Shown: piece by piece, positions 52,875 to 64,000 of the stretch
How the letters are laid out: every line of letters starts with the position of its first letter
Position numbering within the stretch: the first letter of the stretch is position 1
Assembly (NCBI RefSeq): GCF_004010195.1
Contig: NC_057718.1
Span: 71,722,433 to 71,786,432, forward strand
Direction of reading: 5' to 3'
Source: Chiloscyllium plagiosum
Lineage: Eukaryota
Length of the DNA: 64,000 nucleotides
The notes under the pieces: generated by a model
Told to the model about the DNA's origin: nothing
Seen by the model: only the letters and a program-made list of their open reading frames with translations
The model's database searches: none
Position numbers and translations under genes: made by a program

Positions 52875-55800
52875 TGGAGAAGTCCACGTTTCAGGTGTAA
52901 CCCTTCTTCAGGACTGGGGATGGGTGTAGGGGGAGATGCAGATAAAGGGGATGGCGGGATTAGGGTGGTGAAGTGGGGATAGGTGAAGACACGTAGAGGG
53001 TATGACCTGATTGTTCAATGGGAGGATTGAATCCAATTGGTGGCAGGGAATAGTGGAAGGGAGGGGGTAGGGCTGGGAAGAGAGTCAGGGGATGGGAAGA
53101 GAGGTTATTTTCAATTAGAGAACTCAATGATGAGTCCTCCGGGCTGTAGACTGCCAGGTGAGAGATGTGGGGTTGTTCCTCCACTTTGTGGTTTGATTCA
53201 TTGTGCATGGTGACTGGGCAGTCTGGTCGGCCCCTGAGGGCCTGACTGAGATGCTCAGCGAATGTTTGGTCTCCCCAATGTAGAGAAGACCACATCGGGA
53301 CCAGCTGATGCAGTAAACGAGACTGGCAGAGAGGCAGGTGAACCTCTGTCTCACCTGAAGGGACTCTTTGGGGCCCTGGATGGAAGTGAGGAGGGAGGTG
53401 TGTAGGCAGGCTTTGCATCGTTTCCAGTTGCAGGGGAAGGTACCTGGGTGTTGGTGGGGAGGGTGGCGCAAACCAAGGACTGTCAAAGGCAACGGTCCTT
53501 GCGGAAGGCAGAGAGGGGTGGGGAGGGGAAGATGTTCGTGGTGGCGGGGTCTAGTTGGAGTTGGCGCAAGTGTTTAACGATGATATGTTGAATGATGAAA
53601 CTGGTGGAGTGTAGGTGAGCACAAGGGGGATTTTATTGTGTTAGGAGGAGTTTAGAGCAGTGAAACAGGGAATGGAGGTGGTGAGGTGGAAGGCTATCTG
53701 GATGACAGAGAGAGGAGAAGCACATTGTTTAAAATAGATGGACATCTGGGAGACTCGCGAGTGGAAAGTCTCCTCGTCCAAGCAGATGCAGTCGAGGCGG
53801 AAGAATTGGGAGAATGGGGTAGAGTTCTTGCAGGATACTGGGTGTAGTCAAGGTAGTGATGGGAGTCTGTGGGTTTGTAGTAAATGTCTGTCTACGACTG
53901 TTGCCGTAGATGGAAATGGAGAGGTGAAGAAAGTGGAGGGAGGTGTCCGAGGTGGACCATTTGAATTTGAGGGCAGGGTGGAAGTTGTGGGCAAAATCAA
54001 TAAACTGCTCCAGTACAGTCTGGGTGCAAGATGCTGCACCAATGTAGTCATCGATGTAATGGCGGAAGAGTTAGGGCACAGTGCCTGTGTAAGTACTCAA
54101 GACTGACTGATATAGTCAACAAAGAGACAGGTGTAACAGGAGCCCATCAAGGCACCCATGGCCACCCCCTGGATTTGGAGGAAATGGGAGGAGTTAAAGA
54201 AAAAGTTGTTGAAGGTGAGGACCAGTTCGGCGAGGCAGTGGAGGGTATCGGTAGAGGGAAACTTGATGGGTCATTGGAGAGGAAGAAGCAGATGGCCTGG
54301 AGACCAATCCTTGTGGTGTATGGACATGTATAAGGACTGCACGTCCATAGTGAGTGCTGTTGAACTGGAAGCTACTGCAGGGATGGAGGGCATGGTTGGT
54401 GTCGCGGATATAGGTGGGAAGTGCCTGAACTAAGGGGGAGAGGGTGGAGTCAAGATAGGACGAGATGAGTTTGGTGGGGCAAGAGCATGCCAAGATGATG
54501 AGTAGACCAGGCTAGTTGGGCTTGTGGATCTTGGGGAGCAGGTAAACCAAGCAGTGCGGGGCTAGGGGACTATGAACTTGGAGGCACTGGAGGTGAGATC
54601 ACTGGAGGCAATGAGGGCACGGACACTGCAAGTGATTTTGACCTGATGGGTTGTGGTCGGGTTCTGGGCAAATGGGAGTTAGGACATAGTTTTAGGACAT
54701 GTCACAGTAGAACGAACAGCCAATGTGGAACTCCAAACCAGTGTCTAACAGGAAGACAATGCATACTGATCAAATACTGAACAACAGAAGCAATCAACCC
54801 AACACCCACAAACGGAGCTGCATTAGAACATTATTTCAATGAGCCAACACACACTGCAGCACAGAGGAACTACGTAGAGCAGAGCAAAATCACCTATACA
54901 GTGTATTCAAGAAGAATGGGTCCTCAATGAACACAGTCCATCGATTTCTAAGCAACAAATCTCAGAAACCCTAGCCACTCTCCCCTACATCAAAGACATC
55001 TCAGAAATGACTGCCAGACTACTCAGACCCCTTGACATCATGATAGCCCACCAACACATTAAAACAGCTGTGAAAGACCGTATACAAACAACAAGCAACG
55101 TCATTTACAAAATATCTTGCAAGAACTGTAATAAATACTACATTGGAGAAACAGGCAGAAAACTAGCCACCAGGATACATAAACATCAACTTGCCACAAA
55201 AAGACATGACCCACTCTCACTAGTATCCTTACATACAGGTGAGGAAGGACACAACTTCAAGTGGGACAACACAACCATCCTAGGACAAGCCAAACAGAGA
55301 CTCGCAGAAGAATTCCTAAGCATGGCATTCCAACCGGAAAGCGATCAACGAACATATTGACTTGGATCCCATTTACCACCTTCTGAGAAAAAGAACAGGA
55401 AATTACATCACCACAGAAAATGAACCACCAACCCAAGGAAACCTAAACACATAAATAGAAAGCAGGCCACGGCACCAGTGCTTCATCCGGAGGGTCACTG
55501 ATGATGTTCTCTGGTATGGTGATGAAAAGTCTGAAAACGAACCTTCCAGCTCAGCGAGCAAACCTACATCCAGGACGTGATGTCGGAGAGTTGGCGTTCG
55601 GCCTCTGCAGCACAGAGGTCTGTTCTCCAGACTACCACCGCCCTGCCTTTGTTAGCAGGATTGGTGGTGAACTGGGGATTGTTGTGGACTGAGTTGAGTG
55701 CTGCGCGGTGGGGGGGATTTGTGGTTGGAGAAATTGAGGCAGCCGATGTCACGTCAACAGTCTGCAATGAAGAGGTCTAGGGCAGGTAAAAGGCCAGCGG

Positions 55801-58800
55801 GGGGGGGGGGGGGATCAAGTAGAGGAGGAAGGTAAGAGGCAGGAGAAGGAGCCCTCAGAGAGTGGTTGTAAGTTTTTGTCAAAGAAGACGACTTAGAGCC
55901 GGAGGAAGAAGAGCTACACGTTGTGGTGGGTACAGCATTCAATGAGGTGGGGGCGGAGGGGTACGAATGTGAGACCTTTCCTGAAAGCAGACCGGCCTCA
56001 CAGCATTTGAGGTCAGGGGGATAGTGAATATGTGGCAAGGCTCGGGGGTGAGGTTTTGGGGGTTGGTCCCGATGTGGCTCCCATTGGTGGGGGAAGGGGT
56101 GAAGGGTGATGGCATGTGGTGGGCAAAGGTTGGGTGTGACTCCCTTCCTAGCCTATCCCCTCCCTTCCACTCCTCTCTTCCTCTAACCAGATTCATTCTT
56201 CCCATTGACCAACCAAATTATATCCTCTGCTTGTCTTCACCTATCCCTAATTCGCCACCCTGCCCCCGCCACCCCTTTTATCTGCAGCTCCCCCTACACC
56301 CAAGGCCAGTTCTGAAAAAGGGTTACATCCGAAACATTGACTTCTCCACTTCCTGATGCTGCCTGGCTTGCTGTGTTCTTCCAGCCAAAGGTGTGCAGAT
56401 TCGGTGAATTAGCTATGCTAATGTTCAGGGATGTGACAGTTTCGTGCATTATCCTCCTGCCTATCTTCTTTGGATTCCAGCATCTACAGTTTTTTGGCTC
56501 TAACTAAGTTTCTTCCACAGCAAATGTCTCTTCAAAGAATGCCCACTTTGAAGGAGTTCTCTGCCTCCATCAGAAATGCGCTCAGTCCCTTTCTCACTGC
56601 CAAAACACTGTGATCTCCTCAGCCCTCTAGCTCTTTGACCACATGATGAAACAAACTCGCCATTAGAGCCACGTGACATTCCTCAGCTGCTGTCTTAGCA
56701 ACCATCTCATCCCTCAAGGCCAACAGGTATATTTTAAACCCTCCAAAATTGGACCCACCTTTGATGCTCCATACTTGCAATACCTCCAATGCCTCCACAA
56801 ACAATTATCTGTCCAGATTCTCCACTCCACCCTCCCAGAGGCATCTCCATTCCCTCTCCTGATCCCTCCCCCAGCTCAAGGCCTCCCTTTCCCAAACATG
56901 TGGAGGACCTCGACTATTCTACATCCAACAGAGAATATAGCAGCTCAGCAAACTGCTTTTCTGTTTCATATCTGGTATAAAAAATCAGAAGTTTACAAAA
57001 TTCTGCTTTTCCTCAATCGGAGAACTAATTTGATGTTCGAAATATGCGCCCTGGTTCCAGTTGCATCCAGGTCCCGCCCCATGCTGCTGTTGCTATTAGC
57101 CTCGTGGGACATTTCATCCAGTGCTGGGCCTCTCCAGTCCAAAGTCACTTCCGGTTCTGGGTTGGTACCCATGCCATCGTGACCACCTACTGGGACTCCC
57201 AAGTACACACCCACAATTTCCGTCTCTTCTCCGGATGTCTCCTGTAGCACTAGATTCTGCTGACAATAACACTCGGACTGACCTCGACTTTCCTCCACCT
57301 TCTGCCTCTACTTCTGGCTCCATCCAATCAGCAACCAAGACCTGGACCACATTTCCCAGGGTCACTCATAGGTCCTACTGCTAACCTGTAGCCAGCCAGC
57401 ATACCAGCTCTCCCTCCTCATCCATCCACCCCCACAATGCACCTTATCGCTCCACCTCTCCCTCTTCACTTCATCCCTCCTGCACCTTTTCCAAAACCCC
57501 ACCCCACTCCNNNNNNNNNNNNNNNNNNNNNNNNNNNNNNNNNNNNNNNNNNNNNNNNNNNNNNNNNNNNNNNNNNNNNNNNNNNNNNNNNNNNNNNNNN
57601 NNNNNNNNNNNNNNNNNNNNNNNNNNNNNNNNNNNNNNNNNNNNNNNNNNNNNNNNNNNNNNNNNNNNNNNNNNNNNNNNNNNNNNNNNNNNNNNNNNNN
57701 NNNNNNNNNNNNNNNNNNNNNNNNNNNNNNNNNNNNNNNNNNNNNNNNNNNNNNNNNNNNNNNNNNNNNNNNNNNNNNNNNNNNNNNNNNNNNNNNNNNN
57801 NNNNNNNNNNNNNNNNNNNNNNNNNNNNNNNNNNNNNNNNNNNNNNNNNNNNNNNNNNNNNNNNNNNNNNNNNNNNNNNNNNNNNNNNNNNNNNNNNNNN
57901 NNNNNNNNNNNNNNNNNNNNNNNNNNNNNNNNNNNNNNNNNNNNNNNNNNNNNNNNNNNNNNNNNNNNNNNNNNNNNNNNNNNNNNNNNNNNNNNNNNNN
58001 NNNNNNNNNNNNNNCAGGGACCCGTTAACTTTAACCAGACACTCTGCGGCGGCGTACAAAAGTCGGCACCCACTCCTCCCGCTACACCACATGCAACCTT
58101 CACCCATCCACCTTTCCCTCTTCCCCCACATCAGCCATCTCTGGAAACCCCCAAAACCTGACGCCCAAGCCTTCCCACAGATTCACTATCCCCCTCGACC
58201 TCGAACTCTCTGAGGCCAAACAGCAATGTCTCAGATTCATCCCTTCAACCCCACCTCACTGAATTCTGGGCCTGCCATGATGTGGAGCTCGAGCCTCCAG
58301 CTGGACACTTACTGCAAACCCACAGATTCCCATAACTACCCCTCGACTATACCTCCACCCAATTTCCTGCAAAAACTCCATTTCATTCTCCCAATTCCTC
58401 CGCCTCCGTCGCATCTGCTCGAATGAGGAGACATTTCACTCGTGATCATCCTAGATGTTCACCTATTTCAAACAACATGCTTTTCCTCCTTCTGTCATCC
58501 AGACAGCCCTCTGCCAGACCTACTATTTCCCGTTGTACTGTCATAAACTCCACCCTCCCAATGCAATAAAGACAGAGGCCTCCTTGTCCTCACCTACCAC
58601 CCCATCTGTCTCCACATCCAATGCATCATCCTAAACACTTCCGCCAATCCTAACTAGACTCCACCACCAAGGACATCTTCTTCCCTTCCCAACCCCTTTC
58701 TGCCTTCTGCGGTCCTTCGTTTGCGCCACTCTCCCCAGAAACACTCCCTGAACCCCCATGTACATTCCCCTGCAACCAGAAAGGATGCGAAAGGTGTTCC

Positions 58801-59370
58801 TAATGTGGTCTTCTCTACATTGAGCAGACCAAACATAAACTTAGGGAACGGTTCGCCGAGCATCGCAGTCAAGCCCGCAGGGGCTGACCAGACCTCCCAG
58901 TCACTGCCCACTTTAATTCCCCTTCCCACTCACTTTCCGATCATCCTTGGCCTCCTCCAAAGCCACAATGAACCACGCTGCAAATTGGAAGAACGCCTCA
59001 TCTTCCTCCCGGGCAGCCTACAGCCCAGAGGATTCAATATTGAGTTCTCTAATTTCTAATAACCTCCCTTTCTGTCCCTGACTCTCTTCCCAGCCCCTCC
59101 TTTCCACTCCTCTCTGCCACCCTGATTCACTCTTCCTGCTGTTCAACCAGGTCGTATCCTCCACCCATCTTCTCCTATCCCCACTTCACCATCTTGCCCC
59201 TGCCAAGCCCTGTATCGAAGCTCCCCCTACACTCACCCACAGTCCTATAGAAGGGTTACATCTGGAACGTGTACTTCTCCACCTCCTGATGCTGCCTGGC
59301 TTGCTGTGTTCTTCCAGCCTCCTGCCTGTCTATTTTGGATTCCAGCATCTGCAGTTTTTTTGTCTCTAAC
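52875..59370. mobile_element. Composite Penelope-like locus: inverted RT/GIY-YIG copy on -, terminal repeat, then a + copy; includes N gap 57511-58014
   Basis: On -: PANKGRAVVVWRTDL..EAERQLSD, ISSYLDSTLSPLVQALPTYIRDT, LVYCISWSRCGLLYIGETK. On +: N-terminal-like 56640-56830, YCKPTDSHNY, CKLEERLIFLPGSLQPRGFNIEFSNF. Terminal repeats at about 52875, 56140-56500 and 59060-59370. Confidence 0.82.
54760..55570 (+). mobile_element. Second-family PLE nested in the first-family PLE RT
   Basis: ORF 55007-55360 NVIYKISCKNCNKYYIGETGRKLATRIHKHQ (GIY-YIG); ctgatgatg..gaaa motif at about 55498. Confidence 0.85.
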
Positions 59371-59684
59371 CAAATTTGAGTACATACCCATTATGCTTAA
59401 TTTGTGTTGCCTGCCACTCAACCAATTTCCTAGTCGTGTCAGTAACTTCCCTGTAATTCCATGGGTGTCTATCATCATTAACAGCCTCTTATGCTCTAAT
59501 GTGGGACTTTATCAAATGATTTTTGAAATCCATACAAACAACTTCTATAGACATTCGTCTCTACACTATCCTGGTTAGCTCTTCAAAGCAATACAATGAG
59601 GTTTGTCAGGCAAAACTTACCTGTCATGATTCCATGCAACTCTCCCTGATTAACAGAATCTAACAATTCCTCCACCGCAGATCT

Positions 59685-59998
59685 TAGATTAAATTACTTA
59701 CAGTGTGGAAACAGCCCCTTTGGCCCCTATGTCCACACCGACCCGCCGAAGCGCAACCCACCCATACCCACTCCCCTACATTTACCCCTTCACCTAACAC
59801 TACGGGCAATTTAGCATGGCCAATTCACCTATCCTGCACATCTTTGGACTGTGGGAGGAAACCGGAGCACCCAGAGGAAACCCACGCAGACACAGGGAGA
59901 ATGTGCAAACTCCATACAGTCAGTCGCCTGAGGCCGGAATTGAACCCGGGTCTCTGTCGCTGTGAGGCAGCAGTGCTAACCACTGTGCCACCGTGGCG
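59685..59998 (-). mobile_element. Young HE1/V-SINE-like SINE
   Basis: Full head (ggtggcacagtggttagcactgctgcctcac on -), core and tail; CpGs retained. Confidence 0.9.
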
Positions 59999-60365
59999 CA
60001 CCACAAAGCTAACTGGTCTGTAGTTCCTTGGTTTTCTTCTTGTATAGTTCTTAAAAAAAGTTGAGTAACATGCAAATTTCCAAAACTTAAAAATGATTTT
60101 TGTATCTAGGGAACTCTGAAAGATTATAGTTATGGAATCAATGTGTTCTCCTGCTTCCTTTACAATCAGGTCCTTGGGATTTGTCACTGTTTAATACCAT
60201 TAATTTCATCATTACTAATGCTTTATTGACATCAACCTTATTCAGATCCTGTTATCAATCGACTGTTAATTTACTTGGGACTTGCGGCAAGCTATCCCCC
60301 GTTTCTACTGTAAAAATGGAGGCAAATTATTCAGTTTGTCTGCCATTTCCATATAATCATTGACA

Positions 60366-60742
60366 TCATAATGGAAGGAGAGCCTCAGGTGGACAGTGGA
60401 AGTGCTTCAGTGATACCCTCAAGGCCTCACTGGCAAAGTGTAGCGTTTCCATAGATACCTGGGAATCACTGGCCCAAGACTGTTCAAAGTGGAAGAGTAG
60501 CATCCCAGAAGACATCATGCAGCTGGAGACTTGCTGTTGGAAAAAAAAGGAAGCCAGGCGAAAACAGCTAAAGTGGTGCTCTCCTCACAAATGACACACC
60601 CACCCCTTCCCGTGACCACCACCTGCCCTAAGTGTAACAGAACCTACAGCAGCCACATTGGTTTGCATAGTCACCTGTGGACTCACCCTGAGAATGGAAG
60701 AGAGTCATCCTTATCTGTGACGGACTTCCAATGATAATGATG
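60366..60742 (+). mobile_element. RTE-clade LINE 3' end with C2H2 zinc finger
   Basis: GRRASGGQWKCFSDTLKASLAKC..DTWESLAQD..KWK, then TCPKCNRTYSSHIGLHSHLWTH; ATG-type repeat tail; 12-bp TSD TAA(T/A)CATTGACA at 60354-60365 and 60743-60754. Confidence 0.72.
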
Positions 60743-61459
60743 TAAACATTGACACTATCCCACTTTCAGTCTTTAGTAGACCAACATTGCTCTTGATCAC
60801 CCACTTTCCCTTCATGTAACTATTATTTTTTTATTGACTTTGATATATCTTGCAGTTTCCTTTCATAATCCCTTTTAGTAGTTCTGATTAGCTGTTTTGT
60901 AGCTCTCAGCTGATTTTTGTAACTTTCCCATTTGACAATATCTCTTAGTTACCCATGGCTCCTTCTTCTGTGAAGTGAAGCTTTTCCCTCTTAAAGGTAT
61001 AAACTTTTTTTTGTATTATATTAAATGTTTTTTTAATAAGTCTTCACAGTTATTCAGTTCTTTTACCCATTAGCAGATTTTCCTCATTCAATGCTGACAA
61101 CCCATTAAAGTACACTGTTAATTTACTCGGGACATCCAGCAAGCGACCCTCCCTTTCTACTCTGAATATGGAGGTGAAGTAATTATTCAACATGTCTGTC
61201 ATTTCCGTATAATCATTGACATCATCAAAGAAAGCGAGCCCCAGGTCTCAACCCATTAAAGTCTGCCTTACCTAAATCTAAATCTCTAGTCGCTGATTCA
61301 TGCTTTTTCACTTTCAAATGTTACATGGAACTTGATCAGGTCATGATCGTTATTTGATAAATGTTCATAGATTATTCCAGACACATACAAGAAATTCACT
61401 ATCTTTCTGACAGGTCCTTGGCTACCTCTCCCAATCTATGTTAAAGTTAAAATTCCCCA

Positions 61460-63590
61460 TGTTGTCTACATGGACTTCAGCAAGGTCATCAATAAAGTTC
61501 CACATGGTAGTCAGTAAAGATAGATCACTTGGGATCCAGAGAGAGCTAGCTGATTGGAAACAAAATTGGCTTGACAGCAGGAGTCAGAAGGTGTGGAAGA
61601 TGCTTGATTTTTAGACTGGAGGTCTCTGAACAGCAGAATTCTGCAAGGATTGGTGTTAGTTTACTATTATTTGTCATTTATATAAATGATCTGGATGAGA
61701 ATATAGGAGGCATGGTTACTAAATTTACGGATGATGCCAAAATTAGTGATACAGTTGACAGTGAAGATGGTTATCTAAGAGTACAATGGGATCTTGATCA
61801 AATGGACCAATGGCCCGAGATGTGGCAGATGGAGATTAATTTAGATACATGCAAGCTATTGCATTTTGGTAAGACAAATTAGGACAGGAGTCATATACAG
61901 TTAGTAAGACCATAAGACCATAAGACATAGGAGCGGAAGTAAGGCCATTCGGCCCATCGAGTCCACTCCGCCATTCAATCATGGCTGATGGGCATTTCAG
62001 CTCCACTTACCCGCATTCTCCCTGTAGACCTTAATTCCTTGTGACATCAAGAATTTATCAATTTCTGCCTTGAAGATATTTAGCATCCCAGCCTCCACTG
62101 CACTCTGCGGCAATGAATTCCACAGGCCCACCACTCTCTGGCTAAAGAAATGTCTCTGCATTTCTGTTCTGAATTTACCCCCTCTAATTCTAAGGCTGTG
62201 TCCACGGGTCCTGGTCTCCTCGCCTAACGGAAACAATTTCCTAGCGTCCACCCTCTCCAAGCCATGTATTATCTTGTAAGCTTCTATTAGATCTCCCCTT
62301 AATCTTCTAAACTCCAATGAATACAATCCCAGGATCCTCAGCCGTTCCTCATATGTTAGACCTACCATTCCAGGGATCATCTGTGTGAATCTACGCTGGA
62401 CACGCTCCAGTGCCAGTATGTCCTTCCTGAGGTGTGGGGACCAAAACTGGACACAGTACTCCAAATGGGGCCTAACCAGAGCTTTATAAAGTCTCAGTAG
62501 CACAACGGTGCTTTTATATTCCAACCCTCTTGAGATAATTGACAACATTGCATTCGCTTTCTTAATCACGGACTCAACTTGCATGTTTACCTTTAGAGGA
62601 TCCTCAACTAGCACTCCCAGATCCCTCTGTACTTTGGCTTTACGAATTTTCTCACCGTTTAGAAAGTAGTCCATGCTTGTATTCTTTTTTCAAAAGTGCA
62701 AGACCTCGCATTTGCTCACATTGAATTCCATCAGCCATTTTCTGGACCACTCTTCCAAACTGTCTAGATCCTTCTGCAGCTTCCCCACTTCCTCAGTACT
62801 ACCAGCCTGTCCACCTAACTTTGTATCATTGGCAAACTTTGCTAGAATGCCCCCAGTCCCTTCATCCAGATCATTAATATATAATGTGAAATGCTGCGGC
62901 CCCAACACTGAACCCTGCGGGACACCGCTTGTCACCGGCTGCCATTCCGAAAAAGAACCTTTTATCCCAACTCTCTGCCTTCTGTCAGACAACCAATCCT
63001 CAATCCATACCAGTAGCTCACCTCGAATGGTAGGACACTGGGGAGTGGTGTTGAACAGGAAAATCTAGGGGTTCAGGTATCTCGTTTCTTGAAAATAGTG
63101 TCACAGGTGAACAGGGTGGTGAAATGGGCATTTGGCACACTTACCTTCATTGTTCAGAGCATTAAGTGTAGGAGTTGGACTGCCATGTTGCGGCTACAAA
63201 AACATTGATGTAGCCAGTACTTTCATACAGTTCTGGTCGCCTTGCTATAAGAAGGATATTATTAAATTGGAAAGAGTGCAGAAAAGATTGACAAGAGTGT
63301 TACTGGGAATGGATGGTTTAAGACAGAAAGATAGGCTGAATATGCTGGGACATTTTTCCCTGGAGCATAGAACATTGAGGGGTGACCTTAAAGAAAATCA
63401 TTAGGGACATAGGTAAGGTGAATAGCAAAGATCTTTTCCCTGGAGTAGCGGAACTCAAAACTGGAGGTCATAGTTTTAAGGTGAGAAGGGAAAGTTTAAA
63501 ACGGACCTGAGAGGCAACTTTGTCAGACAGTGGGTGGTACGAAATGGAGTGAACTGCCAGAGGAACTGGTAAATGCAGGTATACTTCCAA
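61460..63590 (+). mobile_element. CR1 RT fragment interrupted by a younger CR1
   Basis: YINDLDENIGGMVTKFTDDAK; resumes after 63027 with IQFWSPCYKKDIIKLERVQKR. Confidence 0.82.
61906..63026 (-). mobile_element. Young 5'-truncated CR1 LINE (same subfamily as 6045-8690)
   Basis: Two long stop-free frames (62690-62992 and 61997-62674) joined by one frameshift at a T run; (TCTTATGG)n tail. Confidence 0.93.
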
Positions 63591-63889
63591 AACCTCATAG
63601 AATCGTAGAATCCCACCCAAATCTCCACCTCTCCCCCTGCCATCCTATCCCTGTAACCTTGCATTTTCCCATGACTAATCCACTTAGCCAACACACTGAC
63701 CCTCCGAAGAGCATCCCACCCAGATCTTTGACCGTCTTCCCTCACCCCAACCCTATCCCTATAACCCCTACATTTCCCCATGACTAATCCACCGAGCCTG
63801 CACATCCCCGAGATACAATGGGAAATTTAGCACAGCCTGACTACCTAACTTGAACATCTTTGTACAGCATTTAAAAGACCTTTGGATAG

Positions 63890-64000
63890 GGGCAGCACAG
63901 TAGGTCAGTGGTTAGCACTGCTGCCTCAGAGCGCTAGGGGCCCAGGTCGATTCCAGCCTCAGGCGATTGTATGTGTGGAGTTTGCACACTCTCCCCGTGT
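63890..64000 (+). mobile_element. HE1/V-SINE-like SINE 5' part, runs off the window
   Basis: gggcagcac..cagtggttagcactgctgcctca head and gtgtggagtttgcac core. Confidence 0.85.

Noticed and set aside
48745..64000. Further upstream TULP4 exons
   Set aside because: I recognised no TULP4-like peptide with splice sites. They probably lie beyond the window, though a short exon could have been missed.

Overview
Eukaryotic vertebrate genomic DNA. The repeat inventory (HE1/V-SINE-like SINEs, abundant CR1 LINEs, Penelope-like elements) suggests a cartilaginous fish such as a shark; this is an inference. The window holds the 3' halves of two convergent genes. ACAT2 (cytosolic acetoacetyl-CoA thiolase) lies on + with five coding exons (3383-28724). 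TULP4 lies on - with three coding exons (48744 down to 31365), including a 2483-bp exon. Their stop codons are about 2.6 kb apart. The introns are largely nested, decayed transposons: many CR1 LINEs, at least three Penelope-like (PLE) families, a degenerate two-LTR Gypsy element, a probable Gmr1-type LTR remnant, an RTE-like fragment, a Tigger/pogo-like non-autonomous element and SINEs. There are four N gaps. The most notable non-genic signal is a set of small foldback PLE-derived insertions with 14-18 bp target-site duplications and minimal hammerhead-ribozyme cores whose stem II covaries. One near-pristine copy sits on the sense strand of the last ACAT2 intron. I found no evidence of a wholly new protein-coding system. 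Boundaries of old repeats are approximate.
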